53,672 nt of DNA from a bacterium (lineage in GTDB: Bacteria > Patescibacteriota > Doudnabacteria > UBA920 > VMFF01). Where the stretch lies: assembly GCA_021842385.1 (NCBI GenBank), contig JAKCAE010000038.1:1-53672 (forward strand), written 5' to 3'. A model generated the notes under the pieces. The model searched no databases. It had not been told where the DNA came from and saw only the letters and a program-made list of their open reading frames with translations. Below are positions 27,016 through 35,450 of the stretch, piece by piece. A program made the position numbers and the translations under genes. Numbering within the stretch: position 1 is the stretch's first letter; every line of letters begins with the position of its first letter.

Positions 27016-28538
27016 ATCAAGAAGTAAGAACAAGATTTGCTCCTAGCCCAACCGGATATTTACATGTCGGTGGTTTAAGAACCGCTCTTTTTGCATATCT
27101 TTTTGCAAAACACAACCAAGGAAAATTTGTTTTAAGGATTGAGGATACAGATCAGGCTCGTTTCATAGAAGGAGCTATAGAAAAATTAATTAATATTTTA
27201 AATGATATTGGTTTGAAATATGACGAAGGTCTTTTCATAGAAAACGGAAAAATAATCGGCAAAGGAGAACACGGCCCATATTTGCAGTCTCAGCGAAAAG
27301 AAATTTACAAGGAATACGCAGAAAAACTAGTTGCGTCTGGAAATGCTTATTATTGTTTTTGCGATGAGAAAAGATTAGAAGAGCTACGTAAAGAACAGGA
27401 AGCACTGAAACAGCCAACAAGATATGACAGGAAGTGCAGAAACCTTTCTAAAGAAGACGTCCAGACAAACTTAAATCAAGGTTTAGGTTACGTCATTAGA
27501 CAAGCAATTCCATTAGACGGCCAAACAATAGTTAAAGATCTTGTTTATAAGGATATTGTTTGGGAAAACAAAGCATTAGATGATCAAGTCTTGATGAAAT
27601 CAGATGGTTTCCCAACCTATCATCTAGCAGTTGTTGTAGATGACCATTTAATGCAGATTTCTCATGTCATTCGCGGTGAAGAATGGATTCCTTCAACACC
27701 AAAACACATTCTTCTTTACAAAGCTTTTGACTGGCAAGCGCCACAATTTGCGCATCTACCTCTACTTTTGAACAAAGATCGCTCCAAGCTTTCAAAAAGA
27801 CAAGGAGATGTTGCAGTAGAAGACTATCTTTCAAAGGGGTACCTTAAAGAAGCTTTAATTAATTTCATTGCTTTGTTAGGTTGGAATCCAAAAACAGATC
27901 AGGAAATATTTTCCATGCAAGAATTGATTGAGCAGTTTGACTTAACAAAGGTAAACAAGTCTGGTTCAATCTTTGATGTCGAGAAGTTAAACTGGTTAAA
28001 CAACATATACATCAGGAAGCTTTCCGCTTCAGAACTCAAAGATCTTTTAATTCCATATTTAATTTCTTTTGGTTTAATTACAGAAGACGGCAAAAAACAT
28101 TTAGCCAAGAACGGCAAAGAAGTTTCAGTGGAATTTCTTGAAGCAATAGCAAAAATAGAGAGTGAGAGATTAAGCGCGCTGTCAGAAATAGGGGAGAGGG
28201 TTAATTACTTTTTTGAACAACCGAAATATCTCCCTGAAATATTGATTTGGAAAAAATCAGATCTTGGTCAAACAAAAAATGCTCTTAAAAAAACTTTGGA
28301 CTTTCTTGAAAAACTTTCAGACGCCGAGTTTAAAGCAGCAGTCTTAGAAAACAAACTCAAAGAGTTCATTTCTCAAAATGGTTTTGATAATGGATCAGTG
28401 CTTTGGCCCTTGCGTGTTGCTTTGTCTGGTCTTGAAAAATCACCAAATCCTTTTGAGATCATCGAAACACTTCATTTAGGCTATGGTAAATTTGAAATCT
28501 TGCAACGTTTAGAAGCAGCGTTAAAAATGCTTGAATAA
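27012..28538 (+). CDS. gltX: Glutamyl-tRNA synthetase
   Basis: RFAPSPTGYLHVGG (HIGH) and KLSKR (KMSKS). Confidence 0.93.
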   Translation: MNQEVRTRFAPSPTGYLHVGGLRTALFAYLFAKHNQGKFVLRIEDTDQARFIEGAIEKLINILNDIGLKYDEGLFIENGKIIGKGEHGPYLQSQRKEIYKEYAEKLVASGNAYYCFCDEKRLEELRKEQEALKQPTRYDRKCRNLSKEDVQTNLNQGLGYVIRQAIPLDGQTIVKDLVYKDIVWENKALDDQVLMKSDGFPTYHLAVVVDDHLMQISHVIRGEEWIPSTPKHILLYKAFDWQAPQFAHLPLLLNKDRSKLSKRQGDVAVEDYLSKGYLKEALINFIALLGWNPKTDQEIFSMQELIEQFDLTKVNKSGSIFDVEKLNWLNNIYIRKLSASELKDLLIPYLISFGLITEDGKKHLAKNGKEVSVEFLEAIAKIESERLSALSEIGERVNYFFEQPKYLPEILIWKKSDLGQTKNALKKTLDFLEKLSDAEFKAAVLENKLKEFISQNGFDNGSVLWPLRVALSGLEKSPNPFEIIETLHLGYGKFEILQRLEAALKMLE

Positions 28539-28578
28539 TTATTCGTAAAATTACCTTTTTTGTGGTATACTAAAGGTA

Positions 28579-29865
28579 ATGAACAATACAAGAAACAAAA
28601 AGAAAATAACAATAGCAGCATTACTGATAACCCTGGGACTATATACAGTCCCTTTTTCTGCATTAAGCGCTACTAATTCAGAAATTGAGGCCCAGAAACA
28701 ATCAAAACAAGCTCAGCTTGATCAGTTAAACAAACAAATCACTGAATATCAGAATCAAATTGCGCAAAAAAGAAAACAATCAGCTACTTTGTCTAATGAA
28801 ATCGCTTTGTACGATATGGAAATAAAAGCAACAGGAATTCGCATCCAAGCTACCAGGACAAATATAGAAAACACAGATTTGCAAATAGAACAAACGAAGC
28901 TGCAAATAAAAGAAAAAACAGAACAGATAGAGCAAGAAAAAAAGCTTCTTGCAGAGTTAATTATTACACTTAATGAATATGACAACACTTCAAATCTACA
29001 GCTTGGTTTAGGTTCAAATAATTTTTCCGCTTTTATGGATCAGGTGCAGTATGCACAGTCTTTGCAAAACAAAATTTTTAATTTAATTCAGCAAATTAAA
29101 GAAATCCGCGCTAAGTTAGAAAAAGATGAGGAAGATTTACAGATTAATTTGAACAAGCTTAATGAGCTGAATGATCAGCTTTCTCAAACACAAAAAACTT
29201 TGAATAATCAAAAGAGTTCAAGGGTTGTTTTGTTGCAACAAACAAAAGGACAAGAAAGCAAATACCAAAAACTTCTCAGTACTTCTCAAGAAGAGCAAGC
29301 CAAGATAAATAAAGAAATATACGACCTTGATCAGCAACTGCGCGGAAAAGCAGGCTTTAATGCTTTAAAAGCAGTTCATGGAATAATAGCATATCCTATG
29401 GACGGGGTTTTGACCCAAAGATATGGCAATACAGGGTTTACAAAACTCGGTTATGATTTTCATAATGGACTTGATTTGGCAGCTCCAGCAGGAACTTCAA
29501 TCTATGCGGCAGCAGACGGGGTAGTCTATGCCACAGGCACAGGAACAACTGCCTATGGTAACTGGGTTGTCATAAAGCATTCAGCAGGAGGAAAGCTTGC
29601 TAAAGACATCATGACTCTTTATGCACACATGACTAAATTTACAGTTTCTGCCGGAGAAAAAGTAAAACAAGGCGATTTGATTGGTTATGAAGGAAATACC
29701 GGAAACACCACACGCTTGCTTTATGGCCCTGAAAGGGGATACCACCTGCATTTTGGAGTCTATGATGCAGAGGGTTTTGGTATAAAGAATGGGGCATATC
29801 CTAATATCTACGGCCCGTATAAAATACCTTACGGGTATACATATAATCCGGCTGATTTCTTGTAA
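28579..29865 (+). CDS. M23 family peptidoglycan metalloendopeptidase with N-terminal coiled coil (EnvC-like)
   Basis: Signal/TM, long Q/E/K coiled coil, then HNGLDLAAPAGTSIYAAADGVV...YAHM...HLHFGV. Confidence 0.85.
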   Translation: MNNTRNKKKITIAALLITLGLYTVPFSALSATNSEIEAQKQSKQAQLDQLNKQITEYQNQIAQKRKQSATLSNEIALYDMEIKATGIRIQATRTNIENTDLQIEQTKLQIKEKTEQIEQEKKLLAELIITLNEYDNTSNLQLGLGSNNFSAFMDQVQYAQSLQNKIFNLIQQIKEIRAKLEKDEEDLQINLNKLNELNDQLSQTQKTLNNQKSSRVVLLQQTKGQESKYQKLLSTSQEEQAKINKEIYDLDQQLRGKAGFNALKAVHGIIAYPMDGVLTQRYGNTGFTKLGYDFHNGLDLAAPAGTSIYAAADGVVYATGTGTTAYGNWVVIKHSAGGKLAKDIMTLYAHMTKFTVSAGEKVKQGDLIGYEGNTGNTTRLLYGPERGYHLHFGVYDAEGFGIKNGAYPNIYGPYKIPYGYTYNPADFL

Positions 29866-29908
29866 TCTTTGCTTGTTTTTGGTATTTTAATATTGTTAAT
29901 AAACCCTG

Positions 29909-30979
29909 ATGAAAGAAAAAACAAAAATTCATTTAAAAACACTGATACTGGCTTTCGCAGTTTTAAACGCTGCTTTATTTACAGTGCCACAATTAGCGCA
30001 TGCTGACATCGGTTCCATACTAAAAGGGCAAATTTGTGAACCTGACAACAGCGCAATGGGTTCGGCGTTTAACATAGGCAGGTGTATTAACAACATCTAT
30101 ATCTTCGCAATAAGCATAGCAGGCTTCATTGCGGTTTTAATGTTTGTTTTAGCAGGATACAACTATATTACCGGGACATCTGAGTCAATCAGTGAAGCAA
30201 AGAAAATAATGGGCTCAACAGTCCTTGGTCTAGTTATCCTTTTTGGTACATTTTTGCTTTTAAACACCATAGATCCGAATCTTACAAAAGTTCCAGCACT
30301 TGTTGCACCACAGGTTAATTGTTTACAAGTTGACACAGGCGGAAAGACAGAAAATATCTGTGCTGATTTGCCTGACCAATTACCATATCCACTTGATGCA
30401 AACGGAAATCCTGTGGGATTGTCAGGGGGTAAAATTGTAACAGCTGGAACAACAATACAGCCGCCAGCGAATAATAATAACTTGCCAGCAGGGACTAAAA
30501 CCATCCAACCTTGCATTAATTGTATTGATTTAACACAGGGGTTACCGATTATAGTAAAAAAGACAACAGATCCTAACAGAGTTAAACAATACTATGTAAG
30601 CAAAGATTTGGCACAGCGTTTGGTTAACCTAAATTACTATTTTGCAAACGAGAGAGCATCAAAATCTGGTTTCACACCAGCAACTACATTAAATTGGCGT
30701 GTCACTGAAGCCTGGCCTCCAACAGTCGCTCATGCTTCTGATTGTCACTTTGACGGTACATGTGCTGATATTGCCATTGATAACCGAGACAGCTATTCAA
30801 AGGGAGAACTCATACAAGGCATAAAAATACTTTGTACAGCCGCAAAGAAAGCAAATCTAAGCATACTAAATGAATATTTCGAATTTACAGCCGCTGAACT
30901 AGCAGGGGATACAGGTTCAAATTGTGGAGCCCCGGCTAAAACCGATTACAGTACAGTAGGTCATTTACATGTTAAATAG
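29909..30979 (+). CDS. Membrane protein: TrbC/VirB2-pilin-like two-TM N-terminus plus LAS/M15-like zinc-peptidase-like C-terminal domain
   Basis: Signal peptide and two TM helices (IFAISIAGFIAVLMFVLAGY; VLGLVILFGTFLLL). C-terminal TEAWPPTVAHASDCHFDGTCADIAI...GHLHV resembles the SxHxxGxAxD...H pattern of M15. Confidence 0.4.
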   Translation: MKEKTKIHLKTLILAFAVLNAALFTVPQLAHADIGSILKGQICEPDNSAMGSAFNIGRCINNIYIFAISIAGFIAVLMFVLAGYNYITGTSESISEAKKIMGSTVLGLVILFGTFLLLNTIDPNLTKVPALVAPQVNCLQVDTGGKTENICADLPDQLPYPLDANGNPVGLSGGKIVTAGTTIQPPANNNNLPAGTKTIQPCINCIDLTQGLPIIVKKTTDPNRVKQYYVSKDLAQRLVNLNYYFANERASKSGFTPATTLNWRVTEAWPPTVAHASDCHFDGTCADIAIDNRDSYSKGELIQGIKILCTAAKKANLSILNEYFEFTAAELAGDTGSNCGAPAKTDYSTVGHLHVK

Positions 30980-31490
30980 ACGGTATAACTTAAATTACCA
31001 ACAAGCCGGTACACTAATCGCATTTATAGTACTGGCTATTTTTGTAATTAAATTTCTGAATACTCCCAAAAACGAAAATCCTTTAACAAACAAAGACGAA
31101 TTCGAGATTGGTCTATGCAGAACTTGTGTGTTAATAGAAAACAAAGGTTTGGTCATAGATTCTGATCGTGGTGAGTACTTAGATACTGCCTTAATCAAAA
31201 AATTGACATTACTGGCAGGGGAGAACAAGAACTGGAGAATTACAGAGGCATATCCGCCGACTGTACAGCATTTAAGCTTCTGCCATCAAAATGGGACGTG
31301 TGCTGACATAGCTTTACAGAGAAACTTACTTAACAAGGACCGTTTATCAAACCTTTGTAAGGACGCGCTTGCTGCTGGTTTAACTGTTGTTAATGAATAT
31401 GGTGATTTAAAATATTATTCACCAAATTCTTTTTGCCCAAAACCGAATATCTTTGAGACCACAACAGGCGGTCACTTACATGTGTATTAA
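30969..31490 (+). CDS. Paralog of the preceding C-terminal domain (LAS/M15-like) with an N-terminal TM anchor
   Basis: TEAYPPTVQHLSFCHQNGTCADIAL...GGHLHVY aligns by eye with 29909-30979. 11-nt overlap with it. Confidence 0.4.
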   Translation: MLNRRYNLNYQQAGTLIAFIVLAIFVIKFLNTPKNENPLTNKDEFEIGLCRTCVLIENKGLVIDSDRGEYLDTALIKKLTLLAGENKNWRITEAYPPTVQHLSFCHQNGTCADIALQRNLLNKDRLSNLCKDALAAGLTVVNEYGDLKYYSPNSFCPKPNIFETTTGGHLHVY

Positions 31491-31584
31491 ACGCTATTTT
31501 TTTAAATCATTTGTCGTATAAGCTACATTGTGCGACTAGGGATAAATCTTAAAGAGAGTAGTCCCCTAGGCCTTTAGGTAGCAC

Positions 31585-31614
31585 GAAACCCAGGTCCTAC
31601 AATTCCTGGGTTTC
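31585..31614 (-). terminator. Perfect 10-bp hairpin ending cassette 3
   Basis: gaaacccagg (31585-31594) / cctgggtttc (31605-31614), 19 nt downstream of the minus-strand TAG at 31634-31636. Confidence 0.55.
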
Positions 31615-31633
31615 AGTGTATTCACAACAACTT

Positions 31634-31813
31634 CTAGTCGCGCGCAGCATCGTCGCTACAGCGCTTACAGAGGACGCCAGAAGCATCGTCACCGCAGCGT
31701 GCGCAACGATACGGCTTTCCAGCTTCCTCGTAGCCGGGATCCTGCATGTGCGCGAAAGTGCCTGGCGCTGGTGCATTTGCTGGCTTCTGGTGAAGCGAAA
31801 GAGGGGTGGTCAT
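31634..31813 (-). CDS. 59-aa Cys4 (CxxC-x8-CxxC) mini-protein, cassette 3 gene B (absent from the ORF track)
   Basis: My translation: MTTPLSLHQKPANAPAPGTFAHMQDPGYEEAGKPYRCARCGDDASGVLCKRCSDDAARD. GGAGA lies 3 nt upstream of the ATG. 36/60 G+C at 31681-31740. Confidence 0.5.
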   Translation of the reverse strand: MTTPLSLHQKPANAPAPGTFAHMQDPGYEEAGKPYRCARCGDDASGVLCKRCSDDAARD

Positions 31814-31834
31814 ATGTCTCCTGGGGTTGAGGGG

Positions 31835-32023
31835 CTAGCGAACTTCCTGGCCCATGAAGAAGACAGCGTTGCAGTCAGGTTCCCCGCCTTGGTTGCTGCA
31901 AATCTGCAACTGTCCGCTAATTTCTAACGGGCTCGTGCAGAACGTGCACTGCTTCAGCGGGTACATCTGCGCATCTGAAATCTTGCGACCTTGCTCGGTT
32001 GCCCCGACTTGCTTTGTTGCCAT
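31835..32023 (-). CDS. 62-aa Cys4 (CxxC-x12-C-x8-C) mini-protein, cassette 3 gene A
   Basis: MATKQVG...KQCTFCTSPLEISGQLQICSNQGGEPDCNAV. GAGGG lies 7 nt upstream of the ATG. 21-nt gap to gene B. Confidence 0.5.
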   Translation of the reverse strand: MATKQVGATEQGRKISDAQMYPLKQCTFCTSPLEISGQLQICSNQGGEPDCNAVFFMGQEVR

Positions 32024-32084
32024 GTTTAGACCCTCGTGGTGGGAGGTCTTGTTGTGTGTATCTTCCCTGCTTTAAGTTCACTGT

Positions 32085-32114
32085 AGGATAGCAGTAGGGA
32101 GATATTTACGTCAA
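32085..32114 (-). promoter_or_regulatory. Sigma70-like promoter for cassette 3, abutting the pepN stop codon
   Basis: Minus strand reads TTGACG (32114-32109), 18 nt spacer, TATCCT (32090-32085). Confidence 0.35.
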
Positions 32115-34685
32115 TTATTTATTAAAAAATTCTAAAAGTATTTCTCGATCACTTTTAATCCAAGCAACATTTGCTCGAATTTGTTCTAATGATTGTTGTA
32201 TAGAACGCTCAGCACCAGGCGCTGGATTAACTTTAAAAAACTCGGAAATATCTAAGGCAATCTTTTCTGTAGTAAAAACTTCTAACGCACTGGTGATTCT
32301 AGGAAACTCGTGTCCCCCACCTCCAAACTTATTTAGCAAATATTTCCAATTTTGTTTGACAAATTTCCACGCTAAATGTTTGCTTCGTCTTGAAGATAGC
32401 GCGCTTGCTAAGAAAAGCATTGTGTCTTGATTCCTGACTTCTTTAGAAAGAAAGAACTTCAAAACATCAGCCAATATCTCTTGGTCTTTAAAATGCGGCA
32501 AGACTCTAGCAATACGATGTTTTTCTTCATGCAATTTTGCGTGCTTATAAAGCTTTCTTAACTGTTTGTATTCTTTAAATCCCCCGTTAATTGCAACCGC
32601 AGAATAAACTATCTGTTTAATATCTGGATCAATGCGTTTACCTTGTGAAAGTTGTTTAAACATTGCGAGAGCTTTTGCTGTAGTTTGTTGATCTCCGTAC
32701 CTAACCGCATTTGCAAGAATTAAACTTCTTAAAAGACTTTGTGTATGCGTCTCTTTGGGTTTTTTGCTCCAATCGACTCGCTTTACCATTGGTGAGAATA
32801 TATCTCTGCAATGTTTTTCAAAAGCGTCTTTAAAATCTTCATTTTCTAACACTCTAGAAAGATGCAAGAGTCCTGATGATATTTCAACCCAGACATTGTA
32901 GTTATCCTCGTTTTTGTAAGCTTCTAAAAGATCTAGAACCTCAGTTGTTGGAATATATCCGGCTTGAGCCAGAGCAAAAGCATTGCTAATCAGCGCTAGA
33001 CGGTCCTTTGGATCAAGTTTTTTCGTTAAAATTGCCTGTTTAAGGTCGTTTAAAAAAGCAGGTTGATACTTTACTCGATAAAAGCCAGTTTCATTAAGGT
33101 TTAATTTAAGCCACTCCCCTTTTTTGAGTGGTTTAGTTATTGCAGAATTTTTTTCTAGTAAAATATTTTCTGTTTTTGTCTTGCTTAGAAAAATAGAAAC
33201 TGGGATTTTCCAGAGAGTTTTTTTCTTGTTTGCTTTTCTTGAAACAGAGCTGGAAAAAAAACGCTCTTGAGACATATGAATATTTCCTTTTGCATCCTTT
33301 GTTTCTACAGAAATCACAGGATATCCTGGTTGTTTTGTCCAAGTGCGCATCAGAGGAGCCACCTTCTTTTTAGAAACCTCTTCGAAAGCATGCCAGAGGT
33401 CTTCAGTAACAGCATTACCGTAAGCGTGTTTTTTTAGGTAGTGTCTTAGGCCATTTCGAAAATCTTTCTCTCCCAGGTAATTTGCGAGCATGCGAATAAC
33501 GCTGGCGCCTTTGGAATAACTGATGGTATCGAATATTTCGTCAATTTCAGTTGGGTGATGCACCACCACCTCAATTGGGTGGGTATTTTTTAGTGCGTCT
33601 AAACTTAATGCAAGACCTTGGTAGTTGAAAACAAATTGATCCCAGACTTTCCAGGAAGGAAAAATATGATCAAGTGCTAAGTGTTCAATATATGAAGCAA
33701 AACCCTCATTAAGCCAAAGATCAGTCCACCATTCCATAGTTACAAGGTTTCCAAACCACTGATGTGCTAACTCATGGGTGATAGTTAAAGCGACTTGTTG
33801 TTTGTTTGCAATAGATGAGTGGTCAGGATCGATCAAAAGCGCTGTTTCTCTGTAAGTTACAGCACCCCAGTTTTCCATAGCTGCTGCAGAAAAATCAGGC
33901 AGTGCGATCATATCTAAAACTGGCAATGGATACTTAATATCAAAATATTGTTCGTAGAAATCAAGAGATTTGATAGCTACATCTAAAGCAAACTTTGCTT
34001 GTTTCTTTTTCCCAGGAGTCACGAAAACTCTTACTAAAACATTGTTTTTTGTTTTGCCTTCTATGAATTCAAAATTACCAACAATGAATGCAAGTAAATA
34101 GGTTGACATCTTTGGGGTTGGCGCAAACTTAACTATTTCCCAGCCTTGATGTTCTGAAATCGCAACTGGTAAAGTATTTGAAATTGCGTGGAAACCTTTT
34201 TGAACCATTAATGTAACGTCAAAAACCGCTTTGGCAGCAGGCTCATCAAAACAAGGAAAAGCATTACGGGCAAAGGTTGATTCAAATTGAGTTGTTGCTA
34301 TGTGTTTGAGTTTGCCTTCATGCTCATAGCTGCTCCTGTAAAAACCATTTAAGCGATCTTCTAAGAGCCCGTTAAACTTAATTCCAAGCTCTCCCCTGCC
34401 CTTTGGCAGTTTCTTGCTAAATGAAAAAACAACTTGCTCTAAAGAGCTTTCATATTTGATGCTTTTTGGTTTGTATTTTTTCCCCAAAGAAAAATACTCA
34501 ACTGATTCAATAACCAAATTCTTTGAATGTAGAACGATCTCCCTGTCAGACTTTAAAAGCTCCAGGGAAATGGTTTCTTCAGCCTCGTATTTAAAAGTTT
34601 TTAAATCCGGTTTTATGAATATTTTGTAGTTTGTTGGTTTAACGTGCTTAGGCAATCTAACTGCTTGTTTTTTTGGTTTTGTCAT
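32115..34685 (-). CDS. pepN: M1 family aminopeptidase N (ERAP/F3-like type with large C-terminal domain)
   Basis: AAMENWGAVTY, HELAHQWFGNLVTMEWW, LWLNEGFASY. ATG 34685 (MTKPKK...) is preferred over the TTG at 34712. Confidence 0.9.
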   Translation of the reverse strand: MTKPKKQAVRLPKHVKPTNYKIFIKPDLKTFKYEAEETISLELLKSDREIVLHSKNLVIESVEYFSLGKKYKPKSIKYESSLEQVVFSFSKKLPKGRGELGIKFNGLLEDRLNGFYRSSYEHEGKLKHIATTQFESTFARNAFPCFDEPAAKAVFDVTLMVQKGFHAISNTLPVAISEHQGWEIVKFAPTPKMSTYLLAFIVGNFEFIEGKTKNNVLVRVFVTPGKKKQAKFALDVAIKSLDFYEQYFDIKYPLPVLDMIALPDFSAAAMENWGAVTYRETALLIDPDHSSIANKQQVALTITHELAHQWFGNLVTMEWWTDLWLNEGFASYIEHLALDHIFPSWKVWDQFVFNYQGLALSLDALKNTHPIEVVVHHPTEIDEIFDTISYSKGASVIRMLANYLGEKDFRNGLRHYLKKHAYGNAVTEDLWHAFEEVSKKKVAPLMRTWTKQPGYPVISVETKDAKGNIHMSQERFFSSSVSRKANKKKTLWKIPVSIFLSKTKTENILLEKNSAITKPLKKGEWLKLNLNETGFYRVKYQPAFLNDLKQAILTKKLDPKDRLALISNAFALAQAGYIPTTEVLDLLEAYKNEDNYNVWVEISSGLLHLSRVLENEDFKDAFEKHCRDIFSPMVKRVDWSKKPKETHTQSLLRSLILANAVRYGDQQTTAKALAMFKQLSQGKRIDPDIKQIVYSAVAINGGFKEYKQLRKLYKHAKLHEEKHRIARVLPHFKDQEILADVLKFFLSKEVRNQDTMLFLASALSSRRSKHLAWKFVKQNWKYLLNKFGGGGHEFPRITSALEVFTTEKIALDISEFFKVNPAPGAERSIQQSLEQIRANVAWIKSDREILLEFFNK

Positions 34686-34699
34686 ATATTTAAAGTTTA

Positions 34700-34740
34700 A
34701 CAGAAACAACAAACGCTCGCATCCCCATATACGAGCGTTT
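34700..34740 (-). terminator. Rho-independent terminator ending cassette 4
   Basis: aaacgctcg (34711-34719) / cgagcgttt (34732-34740). On the minus strand it overlaps the TGA stop and is followed by GTTGTTTCTGTT. Confidence 0.65.
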
Positions 34741-35393
34741 CATGAATTAAGACCTGCCTCCTTAAGTTTAGCCGTCAAAAACATGGCGTCATCAACCTGC
34801 CTTCTGACTTCCTGGAGATTGTCATAGCAGTGCAACCAATAGCTTGCTGCCTGCTGGAGGCTCTTACTGACAGAGACTTCTCTTACTATCTCAAGCTGAA
34901 CATCTCTGGGCACGCGACCAATGATCGGGCGCTCGTGGATCTTTTTAAACTGCAGCATTACATGCGAGAACGGATCTGGTTTTGAGTTTGGATCCATATA
35001 CTGTGGCTGCTTACCTAGCAGTAATGCTTCAACAGTTTCCTCGCCGTTGAAATATCTAACAATGTAAGCATCAGTTGGATCTGCAACAGTACCGTGCACG
35101 CCTTGTATGATGTTACGTATCTGGAAGCGCTGGCGCTGCACATCAACCAGAGCTTGAGCAGCAAGGGCAGCTTTCAGACAAAGCTCATCACCAAGAGTTG
35201 TTTCTGCAAGCTGTATTACCCTGCCTCCTCCCAAGGTTACTGCCGATATCTCAGCTTCCTTGCCAAACCACAAAAGCGCTGTGTTGAAGAAGTTGGGAAT
35301 GAAGAGCAAAGGATTGCTCAAAGCTTGTCTCCCTCCAGCCTTGACTATCAGTTGTATGACCCAGGCCTCCATGAAGGAGAGTCTGCGCAACAT
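34740..35393 (-). CDS. Orphan 217-aa protein on GC-enriched cassette 4
   Basis: Intact ORF. 29/60 and 31/60 G+C at 34861-34920 and 35101-35160, versus about 21/60 in backbone. No recognised motif. Confidence 0.6.
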   Translation of the reverse strand: MLRRLSFMEAWVIQLIVKAGGRQALSNPLLFIPNFFNTALLWFGKEAEISAVTLGGGRVIQLAETTLGDELCLKAALAAQALVDVQRQRFQIRNIIQGVHGTVADPTDAYIVRYFNGEETVEALLLGKQPQYMDPNSKPDPFSHVMLQFKKIHERPIIGRVPRDVQLEIVREVSVSKSLQQAASYWLHCYDNLQEVRRQVDDAMFLTAKLKEAGLNS

Positions 35394-35420
35394 AAAATCC
35401 GCCTTGGAATTGTTGTATAG

Positions 35421-35449
35421 ATTCTAAACCAGGCGGATATTTTAAACAA
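35421..35449 (-). promoter_or_regulatory. Sigma70-like promoter for cassette 4 flanked by an 8-bp inverted repeat
   Basis: Minus strand reads TTGTTT (35449-35444), 17 nt spacer, TAGAAT (35426-35421). The inverted repeat atccgcct (35397-35404) / aggcggat (35431-35438) brackets the -10. Confidence 0.35.
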
Positions 35450-35450
35450 G

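Noticed and set aside
31616-32075. Plus-strand ORFs 31616-31927 (103 aa, GTG start) and 31854-32075 (73 aa) across cassette 3.
   Set aside because: The minus-strand reading gives a coherent promoter, two SD-preceded ORFs with paired CxxC motifs, and a terminator. The plus-strand ORFs start inside or right after the hairpin, lack SD and terminator, and span both minus-strand genes. I kept them as an alternative to be tested by comparative analysis.
35094-35420. 108-aa plus-strand ORF inside cassette 4.
   Set aside because: It is antisense to the longer 217-aa ORF and runs into that gene's promoter region. It has no expression signals.
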